This document shows, one piece after another, positions 1-420 of a DNA stretch of 420 bases. The notes under the pieces are model-generated. The model worked only from the letters and a program-made list of their open reading frames with translations, did no database searches and was not told the origin of the DNA. The translations under genes and the position numbers were made by a program. The DNA comes from Escherichia coli (GTDB taxonomy: Bacteria; Pseudomonadota; Gammaproteobacteria; Enterobacterales; Enterobacteriaceae): assembly GCF_003334335.1 (NCBI RefSeq), contig NZ_QOWQ01000191.1; one strand, written 5' to 3'. How positions within the stretch are numbered: position 1 is the first letter of the stretch; every line of letters begins with the position of its first letter.

Positions 1-420
1 ACAACGGATTTATCAGCAACGGAAATGGCCTGGAAGCTGTGGGAGCTTATGGGGGAGGTGTATTCGAACCGCTGGACTCAGAAGAACGGGGCCGCACCTT
101 CGAAGCTCTGGATTGCCCAGATTGGCACGATGACTGAACAGCAAATCCGGCTGGTCTGCCGTCAGTGCATGGACCGCTGCCGGGCGGGTGAAACGTGGCC
201 CCCAGACCTGGCTGAGTTTGTTGCACTGATTTCGGAGAGTGGGGCAAATCCATTTGGTCTTACGGTGGATGCAGTGATGGAAGAGTACCGGCGCTGGCGC
301 AATGAATCCTGGCGATACGACGGGAGTGATAAATACCCGTGGCCACAGCCTGTGCTGTACCACATCTGCCTCGAAATGCGTACCAGAGGGATTGAGCGCC
401 AGATGACGCAGGGTGAGTTA
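1..420 (+). CDS. P: Partial CDS (both ends outside the window) for a lambda P-family phage replication protein, the DnaB helicase loader; corresponds roughly to lambda P residues 38-174
   Basis: Frame 1 (codons starting at 1, 4, 7 ...) reads through all 140 codons with no stop: TTDLSATEMAWKLWELMGEVYSNRWTQKNGAAPSKLWIAQIGTMTEQQIRLVCRQCMDRCRAGETWPPDLAEFVALISESGANPFGLTVDAVMEEYRRWRNESWRYDGSDKYPWPQPVLYHICLEMRTRGIERQMTQGEL. Frames 2 and 3 both hit stops (tga near 131-135). Against lambda P as I recall it, the blocks match in order with conserved spacing: TMTEQQ vs TTMEQV; PPDLAEFVAL vs PSPGQFVAW; then 36 vs 37 residues to D-KYPW vs ESYPW; then PQPVLYHICLEMRTRGIERQMTQGEL vs KSNAHYWLVTNLYQNMRANALTDAEL (26 vs 26 residues). 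Comparison is from memory, not a database search. Confidence 0.85.

Noticed and set aside
25-27. ATG at 25-27 as the possible start codon of the + strand gene
   Set aside because: Frame 1 is open upstream to position 1, I see no convincing Shine-Dalgarno motif just before it, and the lambda P alignment puts this Met well inside the protein. The true start is probably upstream of the window, though this cannot be proven without that sequence.
149-156. Chi-like octamer gctggtct
   Set aside because: It differs from the E. coli Chi sequence GCTGGTGG at two positions, so it is not a Chi site.
172-188. GC-rich stretch gaccgctgccgggcggg that could be an imperfect hairpin
   Set aside because: The complementary arms are only about 5 bp and imperfect, it lies mid-gene with no following T-tract, and it is explained by the Arg/Cys/Ala codons it encodes. 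It is not a credible terminator or regulatory structure.
47-253. 68-aa minus-strand ORF from the supplied track
   Set aside because: Antisense to, and nested in, the lambda P-like gene. The translation is dominated by Ser, Pro and Gly, is short and has no recognisable motif, so it is most likely a frame artefact.
13-363. 116-aa minus-strand ORF from the supplied track
   Set aside because: It lies entirely antisense to the + strand gene, which has strong homology support. Its translation is rich in Arg, Pro, His and Cys and looks low-complexity, which is typical of a spurious antisense frame in GC-rich coding DNA. I recognise no similarity to any protein family.
162-365. 67-aa minus-strand ORF from the supplied track
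   Set aside because: Antisense to the lambda P-like gene and overlapping the other minus-strand ORFs in another frame. Arg/Ser-rich translation with no recognisable domain, most likely spurious.

Overview
The whole 420-bp window is the internal part of a single protein-coding gene on the + strand (frame 1, 140 codons, no stop codon, open at both ends). The translation aligns block by block with bacteriophage lambda replication protein P, the helicase loader that delivers host DnaB to the phage origin, so this is most likely the replication module of a lambdoid phage or prophage. The supplied ORF track missed it because the frame has no stop inside the window. The three minus-strand ORFs in the track all lie antisense to this gene and look like artefacts. 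I see no RNA gene, CRISPR array, mobile-element end or convincing regulatory site, and nothing that supports a novel system; the only unusual points are lineage-specific differences from lambda P (a CxxCxxxC cysteine cluster and high tryptophan content). The lambda P sequence used for comparison was recalled from memory, not searched.
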